Source: Polyangiales bacterium
Lineage (GTDB): Bacteria > Myxococcota_A > Polyangia > Polyangiales > Ga0077539
DNA length: 64,000 bases
Direction of reading: 5' to 3'
NCBI GenBank assembly: GCA_044229975.1
Contig: JBGARZ010000001.1
Span: 320,001 to 384,000, forward strand
Notes under the pieces: model-generated
Database searches by the model: none
What the model saw: the letters and a program-made list of their open reading frames with translations, nothing else
Told to the model about the DNA's origin: nothing
Shown: positions 27,888 to 40,381 of the stretch, one piece after another
Layout of the letters: every line of letters starts with the position of its first letter
Position numbering within the stretch: the stretch's first letter is position 1
Position numbers and translations under genes: made by a program

Positions 27888-29174
27888 TCAGTACCAGCCG
27901 CTCGCCGCGGGCATCGGAGGGAACGACAGCCGCATGTCCATGCGCCGCTCGTCGGCGAGCTCTTCGAAGTACCGCCGCCAGTCGGGCACGCCCTCCACCA
28001 GCCGCAAGAACATCGCGCTCGGCAACACCAGCACCACGCCGCCCTCCGTCGCCGTCACCGTCGCCGTCACCGGGACGTTTTCCAGCAGCGAGATCTCGCC
28101 GAACACGTCGCCCGGCCCGAGGTCGGCCAGCGGCGCCGGTCCGTTGGGCGTCTCGCGGCTCACCGACACCGCGCCGTGCAGCACCACGTGAAGCCCACTG
28201 CCCAGGCCGCCTTCGCGCAGCAGCACGTCGCCCGCGTTGATGGGCTTCGCCTCGAAGCGCGACCCGAGCTGCACCCGCTGCCCCGCGTCGAAGGGCGCGA
28301 ACATCGCGTGCGTGTCGAGCAGCCGCTTCACCAGGCGCTGCCGCATGAAGCGCTCCAGGGCTGCCGCAATCACCGGCAGTTGCTTCGCCGCCGCCGACAG
28401 CGCGTCGCGCCCGAACACCAGCACGTCCGACGGCTCCACCGCCGTCACCGTCGCCGCGCGCGGCGCCGCCGAGAGCAGGGCCATCTCGCCGAAGATCGCG
28501 CCGTCCTCCAGCGTGGCCAGCGTGTCCTTGCCCCGCGTCACCCGCACGCTTCCTCGCGCGAGCAGGAAGAACGAATCGCCCGGGTCACCCTCGCGCACCG
28601 CCGTCTCGCCCGCGGCGAGCGAGCGACGCGAGACCGCGCCCAGCACGTCGGCGAAGGCGTCGGGCGGCAGCTCCGAGAGCAGCGGGATGGCGGGCACCGC
28701 GCCCGACCACGCGGGCAATCCGTCGCGGGATGAAGCGAGCTGCGCGGCGGCGTCGCAGACCTGTGCGTCGCTCCACGCAACGGGGACCCACGCCTCGGGG
28801 GGGACCAGCATGTCGGGGTCGGGGCGCGCGAGGCGAACGGCGCGACCGAGCGAGGGTGACCCGGCGGCGTAGCGCGCGGCGAAGGTGGGGAGCAGCGCGC
28901 GGGCCGCGGGGTCGAGGGCTTCGAGGGCCTTCAGCGCGACAAGGGCGAGCATCGGGTGCCCCGCCGCGCTCGCCTCGGAGAGCACCAGCGAGAAGACCTG
29001 GACGGCCTGCGGGAGGCGGCCGAGCGCGGCGAGCACGTCGCCGATGCGGAGGCGCGACTCGAAATCGTGCGCGGCGGAGCGCACCAGCGAGACGAGTCCG
29101 CGGAGCGCATCGACGGGAGCGTTGGCGCGGAGGGCGTCGTCGGTCTGGACGGCGAGGTCACGTCGGGTGGGCAT
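27888..29174 (-). CDS. TPR-like N-terminal region plus two cyclic-nucleotide-binding domains
   Basis: REGDPGDSFFLLARGSV...FGEMALLSAAPRAATV; REGGLGSGLHVVLHGAV...FGEISLLENVPVTATV. Confidence 0.87.
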   Translation of the reverse strand: MPTRRDLAVQTDDALRANAPVDALRGLVSLVRSAAHDFESRLRIGDVLAALGRLPQAVQVFSLVLSEASAAGHPMLALVALKALEALDPAARALLPTFAARYAAGSPSLGRAVRLARPDPDMLVPPEAWVPVAWSDAQVCDAAAQLASSRDGLPAWSGAVPAIPLLSELPPDAFADVLGAVSRRSLAAGETAVREGDPGDSFFLLARGSVRVTRGKDTLATLEDGAIFGEMALLSAAPRAATVTAVEPSDVLVFGRDALSAAAKQLPVIAAALERFMRQRLVKRLLDTHAMFAPFDAGQRVQLGSRFEAKPINAGDVLLREGGLGSGLHVVLHGAVSVSRETPNGPAPLADLGPGDVFGEISLLENVPVTATVTATEGGVVLVLPSAMFLRLVEGVPDWRRYFEELADERRMDMRLSFPPMPAASGWY

Positions 29175-29242
29175 CGCGGCGACGATAACCCGCGAGCCCG
29201 GTTGCTGGCACGACCCCGCCGGGGCTGGTAGATCGCTCCTCC

Positions 29243-29878
29243 ATGGACACCTCCGGGCTCGACCTGCGCTTCCGTCTCGGATCGACCCCGGTCACGGTGA
29301 CCCCGTTGTTCTGGCTGTCGGGGCTCTTCATCGTCATGCAGCAGCGGCTCAGCGGGCCGCAGCTCGTCTTGTGGCTGCTGCTGTATTTCGTGTCGATCCT
29401 CGTGCACGAGATGGGGCACGCGCTGGTGTCGCAGGCGTACGGATCCCACGCGGCGGTCACGCTGCACTCCTTCGGCGGCGAGGCCCGCCACCGCCCGCTG
29501 TCACGGTGGCGCTCGGTCGCGGTCTCGCTCGCGGGCCCCGGCGCGGGCTTCGTGCTCGGCGCCATCGCGTTTGGCGTGTTGCGTGGCACTGGCCTCAGTA
29601 CGTTCACGCTCGGCGGTTGGGCGCTCCTCCAACTGGTGATCATGAACTTCTTCTGGGGGTTCATGAACCTCCTGCCGGTTCTGCCGCTCGATGGGGGCAA
29701 CGTGCTGATGGGGGCCCTCGGCCGACGCCACGAGCGCACCGTTCACATCGTCGGCGTCGTGGTGGCCGGGCTCGTGGTGCTCTGGGCGGTGACCGCGGGA
29801 CAGATCTTCATCGCGCTGATGTTCGGGATGCTGGCCTTCCAGAACATCCAGACCCTGCGAGCCCTCGGCGGGCGCTGA
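29243..29878 (+). CDS. Site-2 protease (peptidase M50)
   Basis: HEMGH, SLAGP, NLLPVLPLDGG, multiple TM segments. Confidence 0.9.
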   Translation: MDTSGLDLRFRLGSTPVTVTPLFWLSGLFIVMQQRLSGPQLVLWLLLYFVSILVHEMGHALVSQAYGSHAAVTLHSFGGEARHRPLSRWRSVAVSLAGPGAGFVLGAIAFGVLRGTGLSTFTLGGWALLQLVIMNFFWGFMNLLPVLPLDGGNVLMGALGRRHERTVHIVGVVVAGLVVLWAVTAGQIFIALMFGMLAFQNIQTLRALGGR

Positions 29879-29888
29879 CGGGAAGGTC

Positions 29889-30536
29889 TCAGGGCGCCGC
29901 GGTGCCCTCGATGATCGGAAACTCATCGCGGTAGGTCAGGAAGGTCGCGCGCACCGCGATCGCGTGCACCAGCGACACCAGGCAGTACGCGGCCGTCGCC
30001 ACGAGGAACTCGTCGTGCGGGTGCAGGCGCCACCACACGAGCGCCGCCACCAGGGCCAGCGCGTTGTAGATCCCGATGACCTTCGCGGCCCGCAGCGTCA
30101 CGCGGTCGGCCCGGCCACGTTCGCCGCGAACCAGCGCGCAGCCCGCCGACCAGCAGAGCCACGCGCACCAGATCCCGGGGAAGAACGACGCGAACACCAC
30201 CATCCCCACCGGATCGCCGCGGTCGTTCACCAAGCCGTACGGCCGATCATTGAAGACCAGCAGACCCAGGCACCACAGCAGGAAGCCCGGGACGGCCATC
30301 TGCCCGAGAAACCAGCTCACGAACGCCATGAACCGCAGCCCGGCGGGTGCCTTCCTTCGCGGCGGCCCCTCTACGACCATCCGCACGTTGCCCTCGCGGA
30401 AGGCGCCCTCTCCCAACACGCCGAGGTCTCGCTCCTGCGGTATCGCCCAACGCGAGCGCCACCGCCCCTCGACGATGATCATCGTAAGGAACGGCACGAT
30501 CAGCGAGCCCACCACCACCGCCGCCAACACGTCCAT
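29889..30536 (-). CDS. Hypothetical membrane protein (about 5 TM)
   Basis: Hydrophobic segments; GEGAFR linker; TAGTCT 7 nt upstream of ATG 30536. Confidence 0.65.
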   Translation of the reverse strand: MDVLAAVVVGSLIVPFLTMIIVEGRWRSRWAIPQERDLGVLGEGAFREGNVRMVVEGPPRRKAPAGLRFMAFVSWFLGQMAVPGFLLWCLGLLVFNDRPYGLVNDRGDPVGMVVFASFFPGIWCAWLCWSAGCALVRGERGRADRVTLRAAKVIGIYNALALVAALVWWRLHPHDEFLVATAAYCLVSLVHAIAVRATFLTYRDEFPIIEGTAAP

Positions 30537-30664
30537 GGCCGCCAGACTATCCCGAGCGACGGACACCGGCACCCGCCGTCGCGACCGTTGAGCAGCGACC
30601 CACGACCGCTCGCGGTGGTAGCGTCGCCGAGGCGTCCTCGACCGCCCGAGCGAACAAGACACCC

Positions 30665-31657
30665 ATGAAACCGCACGCCGCACGCACACTACGGGTCGCC
30701 TTCTGCGCGGCCTCGCTGTTCACCACCGGGGCGCTCGCCCAGGTCGATCCGGCGGTCACCGCGAACACACGACGCGACCTCATCCGACAGGCCCAGGAAG
30801 CCCGAACGCAAGGCGACCACGCCCGCGCCGTCGAGCTCGCCACGCGCGCTGGAGAGCTGGGAATCAACGTCGCCCTCCGCCGCTTCATCGCGGAAGAGCA
30901 GGTCGCCGCCGGGCTCATCGGCCCCGCGCTCACCAGCGCCCGGCTCTGCGTCACCGACGCCGACCACGACGCGAGCCCCGGGCGCGAGCCCCACCTCGCC
31001 GCGTGCCGCGCGCTCCAGACGAGCCTCGGCGTCAGGGTCGGGCGCGTGGTGGTCGAGGCCACGATGGTTCCGGGCATGGTGGTGCGCCTCAACGACGCCG
31101 AGCTGTCGTCGTCGGCGTGGGGGACGCCGCAGGTGGTGACGCCCGGCGCCGTGCTCGTGACGGCCACTGCACCAGGGCAGCGGCCGTTTCATGCCGTGCT
31201 CGATGTGGCGGCGGGCGCGACGAGCAACGTGCGGGTGAGCTTCGGCGGCAGCGCGTCGACTGCGGTCGGCGCGACGACAACTCCTCCGGCCGAGGCGCGC
31301 GGCCCGATCAACCCGGCGCCCTTCGTCGTGCTGGGTATCGGCGCGGCGGCCGTGGTCGCTGGTGGGGTGTTCTTCGTGCTGCGCGGATCGGCCATCGACG
31401 CGCGCGACAACCAGTGCGACGCGAGCGGTTGCCCCGAGGCGGCGCGGGCCGACCATGATCGCGCGGTGTCGTTCAACACGGCGACCAACGTCTCGATGGG
31501 CGTCGGCGCGGCCCTCGTCGCGGGTGGTCTCGTCTGGTACCTCGTGGCGCCGCGAAGGGCTGCGACCACCGAGCAGAGCGCACCGGCCCGACGCGCTGGT
31601 CCGTGGGTCTCACCGGCCAACGGCGGCGCGATGCTGGGCTGGCAGGGGACGCTCTGA
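30665..31657 (+). CDS. Secreted TPR-like + PEGA-like protein with C-terminal membrane segments
   Basis: Signal peptide (ALA-Q); helical N-domain; VTPGAVLVTATAPG (PEGA-like); C-terminus GGAMLGWQGTL. Confidence 0.75.
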   Translation: MKPHAARTLRVAFCAASLFTTGALAQVDPAVTANTRRDLIRQAQEARTQGDHARAVELATRAGELGINVALRRFIAEEQVAAGLIGPALTSARLCVTDADHDASPGREPHLAACRALQTSLGVRVGRVVVEATMVPGMVVRLNDAELSSSAWGTPQVVTPGAVLVTATAPGQRPFHAVLDVAAGATSNVRVSFGGSASTAVGATTTPPAEARGPINPAPFVVLGIGAAAVVAGGVFFVLRGSAIDARDNQCDASGCPEAARADHDRAVSFNTATNVSMGVGAALVAGGLVWYLVAPRRAATTEQSAPARRAGPWVSPANGGAMLGWQGTL

Positions 31658-31729
31658 TTGCACCCTGGCTCTGGCCCAGGTCGGCACAGACGGTTCGTTG
31701 CCGGACGCTTGATTCGTCGACGAAATACG

Positions 31730-31745
31730 TGGCACCCCGATTGCG
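31730..31745 (+). promoter_or_regulatory. sigma54 (-24/-12) promoter
   Basis: TGGCAC-CCCGA-TTGCG with correct GG-N10-GC spacing, intergenic, about 13 nt upstream of ATG 31758. Confidence 0.75.
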
Positions 31746-31757
31746 AAGGGATGAGCC

Positions 31758-32957
31758 ATGAACCAACGACCTCGCTACCTGGGTGACCTCTTCCATCGGA
31801 TCGTGTTGATGATCGCGGTTCCGGTCGCGGGCTGCGGGAGCTCGGTGACGCCCGCGGTAGAGACCGACGCGGGGTCGGTGGACATCGGCTCGCCCGTCGA
31901 CCGACAGAACCCCGTCGACACCGGCACGCCGCGACCGGACGTCCCCTACGGCGACCTCCCTGGGATCGATGCGGGCACGCCGCGAGAAGACGTTCGCCTG
32001 GTGGATGCGGTGACCACGGAGATCGCGCCCATCGTCGACGTCGGGTCGCCCGCCGACACGGCAGCCCCCGTGGATGGCGCCGCGTGCGCGCCCTATCGCT
32101 CGAGCGAGAGCTCGCCCGGCACCTGCGAGGAGACGGTGGTGTACCCCTGCGGGCTCCCGGCCGAGGCGCGCGTCGACGCTGGGTCGTTCATCAACTACGA
32201 GCTGTGCCGCACGCTCTGCGCGCCCCTCGGCGACGGCTTCTTCGGCGGCGGTTGTCGGCGCCTGGACCCGCGCCCCGACGGCTCCGACCAGATCGCCTGC
32301 ACGACCTGCGCGGTGGGTCGACGCAGCGAGGGATTGATGGCCGTCCACGGCGCGCGCGAGGCAGGGCCCGTGGGCGATTTCTTCGCGCGGGTCGCGACGC
32401 TGGAGTGGGCCTCGGTGACGGCCTTCGAGCGCCTCGCGGACGACCTCGCGCGCCATGGAGCGCCGTCGGAGCTGGTCGTGGAGGCGCGGCGTTCGGCGGA
32501 TGACGAGCGACGGCACACGGAGTCCATGGGCTCGCTGGCGAAGCGCTTCGGAGCGCCGGTGCGGGCGCCGGAGTTCGCGGCGACGGACGCACGCTCGCTG
32601 GAGGCGGTGGCCATCGAGAATGCGGTGGAGGGCTGCGTGCGCGAGACCTTCGGCGCGCTGGTGGCGACGTGGCAGGCGAGGGCTTCGCAAGACGCCGTGG
32701 TCGCGACGGCGCTGACCGACGTGGCGGCGGACGAGACGCGGCACGCGGAGTTCTCGTGGGCGCTGGGCCGATGGGCCGACGGGGTGCTCGACGAGGGCGC
32801 GCGAGCTCGGGTGCGGGCGGCGCGTGATGAAGCGGTCGCGGAGCTGCGGGCGGAGCTCGATCGGGCGGTCGACCCGGCGCTGGTGAGCGTCGCGGGGATG
32901 CCCGATCGTGCGACGGGGCTCGCGCTCTTCGCGGCGATGACCGACGCCCTCAACTGA
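31758..32957 (+). CDS. Ferritin-like (di-iron carboxylate) domain lipoprotein with a Cys-rich N-terminal region
   Basis: Lipobox-like VAGC; GRR linker; LEWASVTAF, DDERRH, ENAVEGCVRET, ADETRH. Confidence 0.82.
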   Translation: MNQRPRYLGDLFHRIVLMIAVPVAGCGSSVTPAVETDAGSVDIGSPVDRQNPVDTGTPRPDVPYGDLPGIDAGTPREDVRLVDAVTTEIAPIVDVGSPADTAAPVDGAACAPYRSSESSPGTCEETVVYPCGLPAEARVDAGSFINYELCRTLCAPLGDGFFGGGCRRLDPRPDGSDQIACTTCAVGRRSEGLMAVHGAREAGPVGDFFARVATLEWASVTAFERLADDLARHGAPSELVVEARRSADDERRHTESMGSLAKRFGAPVRAPEFAATDARSLEAVAIENAVEGCVRETFGALVATWQARASQDAVVATALTDVAADETRHAEFSWALGRWADGVLDEGARARVRAARDEAVAELRAELDRAVDPALVSVAGMPDRATGLALFAAMTDALN

Positions 32958-33017
32958 ACAGACGCGCGGGCGGCGATCTGCCGCAGCCGTGATTCTCTGA
33001 TAGCGTCGCGCCGCTCT

Positions 33018-34994
33018 ATGCGCGCTGAACGCACCCTCTCCGCGAACGCACTCGACGCGGCCTTTCCGTTCCGCATCACGCTCGACGAGGCGCTCACCAT
33101 CGTCGGTCTCGGCCCCGACCTCGCCAACACCGAGCTGAGGGTCGGCGCGAAGGCCGACGAGGTGATCCAGGCGCTCGATCAAGAGCTGTCCATCACGTGG
33201 AACAGCCTGCTCGCTCACGAGGGCGCGCAGGTGCTGCTGCAACCCCGCGGCGGGCGTCGGCTCGCGGCGGTGATCGTGCGCGACCCGGAGAGCGGGCTCG
33301 TGCACCTGCTGGCGCGGTCGGCCGAGCGCGCCCTCGAAGAAGACCGCGCGGGCTACGTGCTGCTCGAAGAGCTCGCGCGGGCGAGCAGCGCCGACCTCGA
33401 CACCGCGCTGCGGCGACTGTTGCCGGCGGCGGCGGCGTTCATCAACGTCGATCGGGTCTCGTACGCGACGCTGAGCGAAGACGCGTCGTACCTCGTGTAC
33501 GAGGGCCTGCACCTGCGCCAGACAGGCGGGTTCGAGCGCGGCCTGACGCTGTATGCGCGGGACTACCCGATCTATTTCGCGACGCTCCAGCGCGGTCAGG
33601 TGATCGCCGCGCACGACGTCCAGTACGACGCGCGCACCAGGGAGTTCACCGACGGGTACCTCCGCCCGCTCGGCATCGGCGCGATGCTCGACGCGCCCGT
33701 CTTCGTCGGCGGAACGCTCGCGGGCGTGCTCTGCCACGAGCACATCGGCGAGGCGCGGGTCTTCTCGGCGCGCGATCAGCAGGTGGCGGTGGCCGTGGCG
33801 CAGGCGATCTCGCAGGTGATCGGCGCGCAGGAGCGGCGCCGGGCCGAGGAGGTGGTTCGTTCGAGCGAGGCGCGGTTTCGGGCGCTCTCCGACGCGTCAC
33901 CGATCGCGGTGCTGGTCACGGCGCTCGGCGACGGGCAGGTGCTCTACGCCAACCGCGAGCTCGCCACGATGCTGCAATCGACGCCCGAGGAGATCCTCAC
34001 GCGCCATTCCATCGACTTCTACGCCGAGCCGTCGCAGCGCGAGCGCATCATCGAGCGCATCCGCCGCGACGGCTTCACGCGCGAGGAGGAGCTGCTCATA
34101 CAGCGCCCCGACGGGTCGCGGTTCTGGGGGATGCTCTCGGCGCAGCCGACGGTGTTCGACGGTCGGCAGGCATTTCTGTGCGGCATCGTCGACCTGACCG
34201 AGCACAAGAATTCCGAGGCGCGCGTTCGCTCGGTGGTCCGCACGCTCGAAGAGCGCGACGCGCTGATGACCGACGACCTCGCGCGGGCCCGGGCGTTTCA
34301 AGAGGCTCTGTTGCCGCGTGCGATCGAGCGGAGCGACGTGCGGGTCGAGGCGACGCACCGGCCGGTCGACGAGGTGAGCGGCGACCTCTACGACGTGGAG
34401 GTCGTCGACGACCGCTACCTCCGGATGTTTCTGGCCGACGCGACGGGGCACGGCGTGAGCGCCGCGCTGACCACCATGTTCCTCCGCAGCGAGTACGACG
34501 TGGCGAGCCGCGACGAGCTCTCCCCGAGCGCGGTGCTGCGTGCGCTCAACGCCCGCATGGGGCGCTTCCACGAGCGCCTCGCGATGCGCTTCACGGCGGC
34601 CTGCCTGACGCTCGATCTGCGCACCGGACACCTGCGCTGGTCGAGCGCGGCGCACCCGGCCATGTGCCTCGTGCGCGACGGCATCGTGACCGAGCTCGAC
34701 ACCGGCGGAACCTTCGTCGGGCTCGTCGCCGACGCGGAGTTCGCCGAGTGGAGCATGTCACTGCGCCCCGACGACTCGATCTGCGCCTTCACCGACGGGC
34801 TCGCCGAGGCGCTCGACGACGAGGGCCGTCCGCTCGGAGAGCGCGCGCTCTACGACGCCTTGAGCCGCGCCAGCAGTGGCCGCCAGTCGCTCACCGCCGA
34901 GGCGCTTCGGGCGGCGCTCGACCACGCTCCGACGCCGCGCGACGACATCGCCGTGGTGGTGGCGACGTGGCGCCCGACCGCTCGGCCAGCCTGA
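33018..34994 (+). CDS. PP2C/SpoIIE-family phosphatase with H-NOBA-like, GAF and PAS input domains
   Basis: N-terminus [20 protein letters not shown] ([21 protein letters not shown]); PAS/PAC ([13 protein letters not shown]); VSGDLYD, ADATGHG, FTDGL, RDDIAVV. Confidence 0.88.
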   Translation: MRAERTLSANALDAAFPFRITLDEALTIVGLGPDLANTELRVGAKADEVIQALDQELSITWNSLLAHEGAQVLLQPRGGRRLAAVIVRDPESGLVHLLARSAERALEEDRAGYVLLEELARASSADLDTALRRLLPAAAAFINVDRVSYATLSEDASYLVYEGLHLRQTGGFERGLTLYARDYPIYFATLQRGQVIAAHDVQYDARTREFTDGYLRPLGIGAMLDAPVFVGGTLAGVLCHEHIGEARVFSARDQQVAVAVAQAISQVIGAQERRRAEEVVRSSEARFRALSDASPIAVLVTALGDGQVLYANRELATMLQSTPEEILTRHSIDFYAEPSQRERIIERIRRDGFTREEELLIQRPDGSRFWGMLSAQPTVFDGRQAFLCGIVDLTEHKNSEARVRSVVRTLEERDALMTDDLARARAFQEALLPRAIERSDVRVEATHRPVDEVSGDLYDVEVVDDRYLRMFLADATGHGVSAALTTMFLRSEYDVASRDELSPSAVLRALNARMGRFHERLAMRFTAACLTLDLRTGHLRWSSAAHPAMCLVRDGIVTELDTGGTFVGLVADAEFAEWSMSLRPDDSICAFTDGLAEALDDEGRPLGERALYDALSRASSGRQSLTAEALRAALDHAPTPRDDIAVVVATWRPTARPA

Positions 34995-35020
34995 GCCGAG
35001 GCCATCGGACCGCGTGGGCG

Positions 35021-35049
35021 TTGTCGGGGGGCAGAGGGTGGTCTATGAC
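35021..35049 (+). promoter_or_regulatory. Possible sigma70-type promoter for secA
   Basis: TTGTCG-N17-TATGAC about 95 nt upstream of the secA ATG. Confidence 0.35.
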
Positions 35050-35142
35050 TTCGCGCCCCGGAAGAGTCCCGCGGTGGTTCGGGTTGTGCCGATGCACGAC
35101 GACCACCGCGGCGCTCTCCGCGAAGACGGAAGGACCCTCCCG

Positions 35143-38361
<3,219 letters not shown>

Positions 38362-38388
38362 GTCGCTCCTCTCAGCGGGCGGTGGCCG

Positions 38389-40272
38389 TCACCGCCCGAC
38401 CTTCCGCTCCAGCTCCCCCCATCGCAGCGTAAACACCACCGGCCGCCCGTGAGGGCAGTGCCCGGCGAAGTCCACCGTGTCGAGCGACGCGAGCAGCGCG
38501 CGCACCTCCTCGGGCTGCATCTCGTCGCCGCCGCGCACCGAGCCGTGGCAGGCCATGGTCGCGAGCACGAGGTCGACGGCCTTGCTGAAGTCGTTGCCCT
38601 GGCGGGAGAGCTCGCTCACGAGGTCGCGCGCGAGGCGACGCGGGTCAGCGCGCACGAGGATGGCGGGCACGGCGCGCACGGCGACGGTGGTGGGTCCGAG
38701 CGCGGCGAGGTCGAGGCCGACGGAGAGGAGCTCGTCGGAGCGCTCTTCGACGAGGGCGACCTCGTCGGCGGCGAGCTCGACCCGCTCGGGCACGAGCAGC
38801 GGCTGCATCGGGACGCTGCGCGTGACGTAGGACTTGCGCAGGCGCTCGAAGGTGACGCGCTCGGCGGCGGCGTGTTGATCGAGGATGACCACGCCGGTCT
38901 CGCCCTCGCACACGAGGAACATCCGCCGGAGCTGCCCCACGTACCGCAGCGCCCCGAAGCTCGTGCCGTGCAGCTCGGCGCGGGCGGAGGCCGCGTCGGT
39001 GGGTCGGGCCTCGCTGACGGAGGGCGCGATGGTCATCGCCGCGCGCGCGACGTCGCCGTAGTCCGCGGGCGGAAACGGCGCCGTGAGCAGTCGTGCCCAG
39101 GGGTCGCCGCCGTCGATGGGCGCCGTCACGAAGGCAGCAGGCGCACGGCCTTCGAGCGGGAGCCGAGGGACGTCGCGGGCGAGAGATGGCAGTGCCTCCA
39201 TCGGCTCCGTGGAGGGTGGCTTGTGGACGGAGGGCGCGGGCGAGAGGTGGTCGCTCCAGAAGTCGCGCGGGCGGGTCGTGGCGAGGGCCCAGGGGGCGGT
39301 CGCGGCGGCGTCGCGCAGGACGGTCATCACGGCTTCGAAGACGGCGCCCTGCGAGGCGAAGCGCACCTCGGTCTTCTGCGGGTGGACGTTGACGTCGACG
39401 TCCTCGGCGGGGACCTCCACCATCACGGCCCCGGCGGGGTAGCGCCCGGACTCCAGCGTCGAGCCGTACGCCTGCGCGACGGCGCGGAGCAGGAGGCGGT
39501 CCTTCACGTGGCGGCCGTTGACGTAGAGCATGAGGTGCGACGCGCCGCTGCGAGCCCGCTCGGGGGGGCCGAGGAGACCCACCACACGCACCCTGCCGCG
39601 CGACCCGCGCAGGTCGGCGAGCGGCTCGTCGGGGAGCACCTCGCGCACCCGCGCAGCGACGTCCGCGTGGCGGAGGAACTCCCGCACCACCTTGCCGTCA
39701 CGTCGCACCACGAAGCGCACGTCGGGCTTCGGGATGGCGAGGCGCACCAACACGTCGACGCACGCCGCCCCTTCGGTCTGCGGGGTGCGCATGAACTTCC
39801 GCCGCGCGGGGGTGTTGTAGAAGAGGTCCTCGATGCAGACGGTGGTGCCCTCGGCGCAGCCCGCGGGTTTGATGACCGCGGGCGCGCCGCCCTCGACGGT
39901 GGCCTCGTTGCCTTCGCCCGCACCGCGAGCGCGCGAGGTGACGCGGGCGCGGGACACCGACGCGATGGAGGGCAGCGCCTCGCCGCGGAAGCCGTAGGTG
40001 CCGACCCCGACGAGGTCGTCGGCCGAGCGGATCTTGCTCGTCGCGTGGCGCAAGAGGGCCAAGCGCAGGTCGCCCTCACCCATGCCCACACCGTCATCGG
40101 TGACTGCGACGCGCGCGAGCCCTCCCCCGTCGACGGAGACGGTGATGGTGGTGGCGCCCGCGTCGAGGGCGTTCTCCACGAGCTCCTTCAACACCGAGGC
40201 GGGGCGCTCGACCACCTCCCCCGCGGCGATCTGATTGGCCACCTCTGGCGGCAGCAACGCGACGACTGACAC
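38389..40272 (-). CDS. mutL: DNA mismatch repair endonuclease MutL
   Basis: NQIAAGEVVERP, ELVENALDAG, HATSK, GFRGEAL, VDVNVHP, DQHAAAER, ACH, CPHGRP. Confidence 0.96.
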   Translation of the reverse strand: MSVVALLPPEVANQIAAGEVVERPASVLKELVENALDAGATTITVSVDGGGLARVAVTDDGVGMGEGDLRLALLRHATSKIRSADDLVGVGTYGFRGEALPSIASVSRARVTSRARGAGEGNEATVEGGAPAVIKPAGCAEGTTVCIEDLFYNTPARRKFMRTPQTEGAACVDVLVRLAIPKPDVRFVVRRDGKVVREFLRHADVAARVREVLPDEPLADLRGSRGRVRVVGLLGPPERARSGASHLMLYVNGRHVKDRLLLRAVAQAYGSTLESGRYPAGAVMVEVPAEDVDVNVHPQKTEVRFASQGAVFEAVMTVLRDAAATAPWALATTRPRDFWSDHLSPAPSVHKPPSTEPMEALPSLARDVPRLPLEGRAPAAFVTAPIDGGDPWARLLTAPFPPADYGDVARAAMTIAPSVSEARPTDAASARAELHGTSFGALRYVGQLRRMFLVCEGETGVVILDQHAAAERVTFERLRKSYVTRSVPMQPLLVPERVELAADEVALVEERSDELLSVGLDLAALGPTTVAVRAVPAILVRADPRRLARDLVSELSRQGNDFSKAVDLVLATMACHGSVRGGDEMQPEEVRALLASLDTVDFAGHCPHGRPVVFTLRWGELERKVGR

Positions 40273-40278
40273 CGCGCG

Positions 40279-40287
40279 ACGCTAACA
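40279..40287 (-). promoter_or_regulatory. Extended -10 element directly upstream of the mutL start (leaderless-type)
   Basis: Minus strand TGT-TAGCGT, 6 nt, then GTG; no SD sequence. Confidence 0.5.
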
Positions 40288-40308
40288 CGGCGGGCGCGGT
40301 CCGTTCGA

Positions 40309-40338
40309 TTGACCCCGAAAGCAGCGCGATGCTAGCGT
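40309..40338 (+). promoter_or_regulatory. Putative sigma70-type promoter for the kinase cluster
   Basis: TTGACC-N18-TAGCGT with a TG extension. Confidence 0.55.
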
Positions 40339-40381
40339 CGCACGGCGCGGATTGGTGGTTGTGGTCCGCGATGCCACCACA

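Noticed and set aside
29205..29222. TGGCACG upstream of the M50 protease gene as a sigma54 site
   Set aside because: No TTGC, and the GG-to-GC spacing is not N10.
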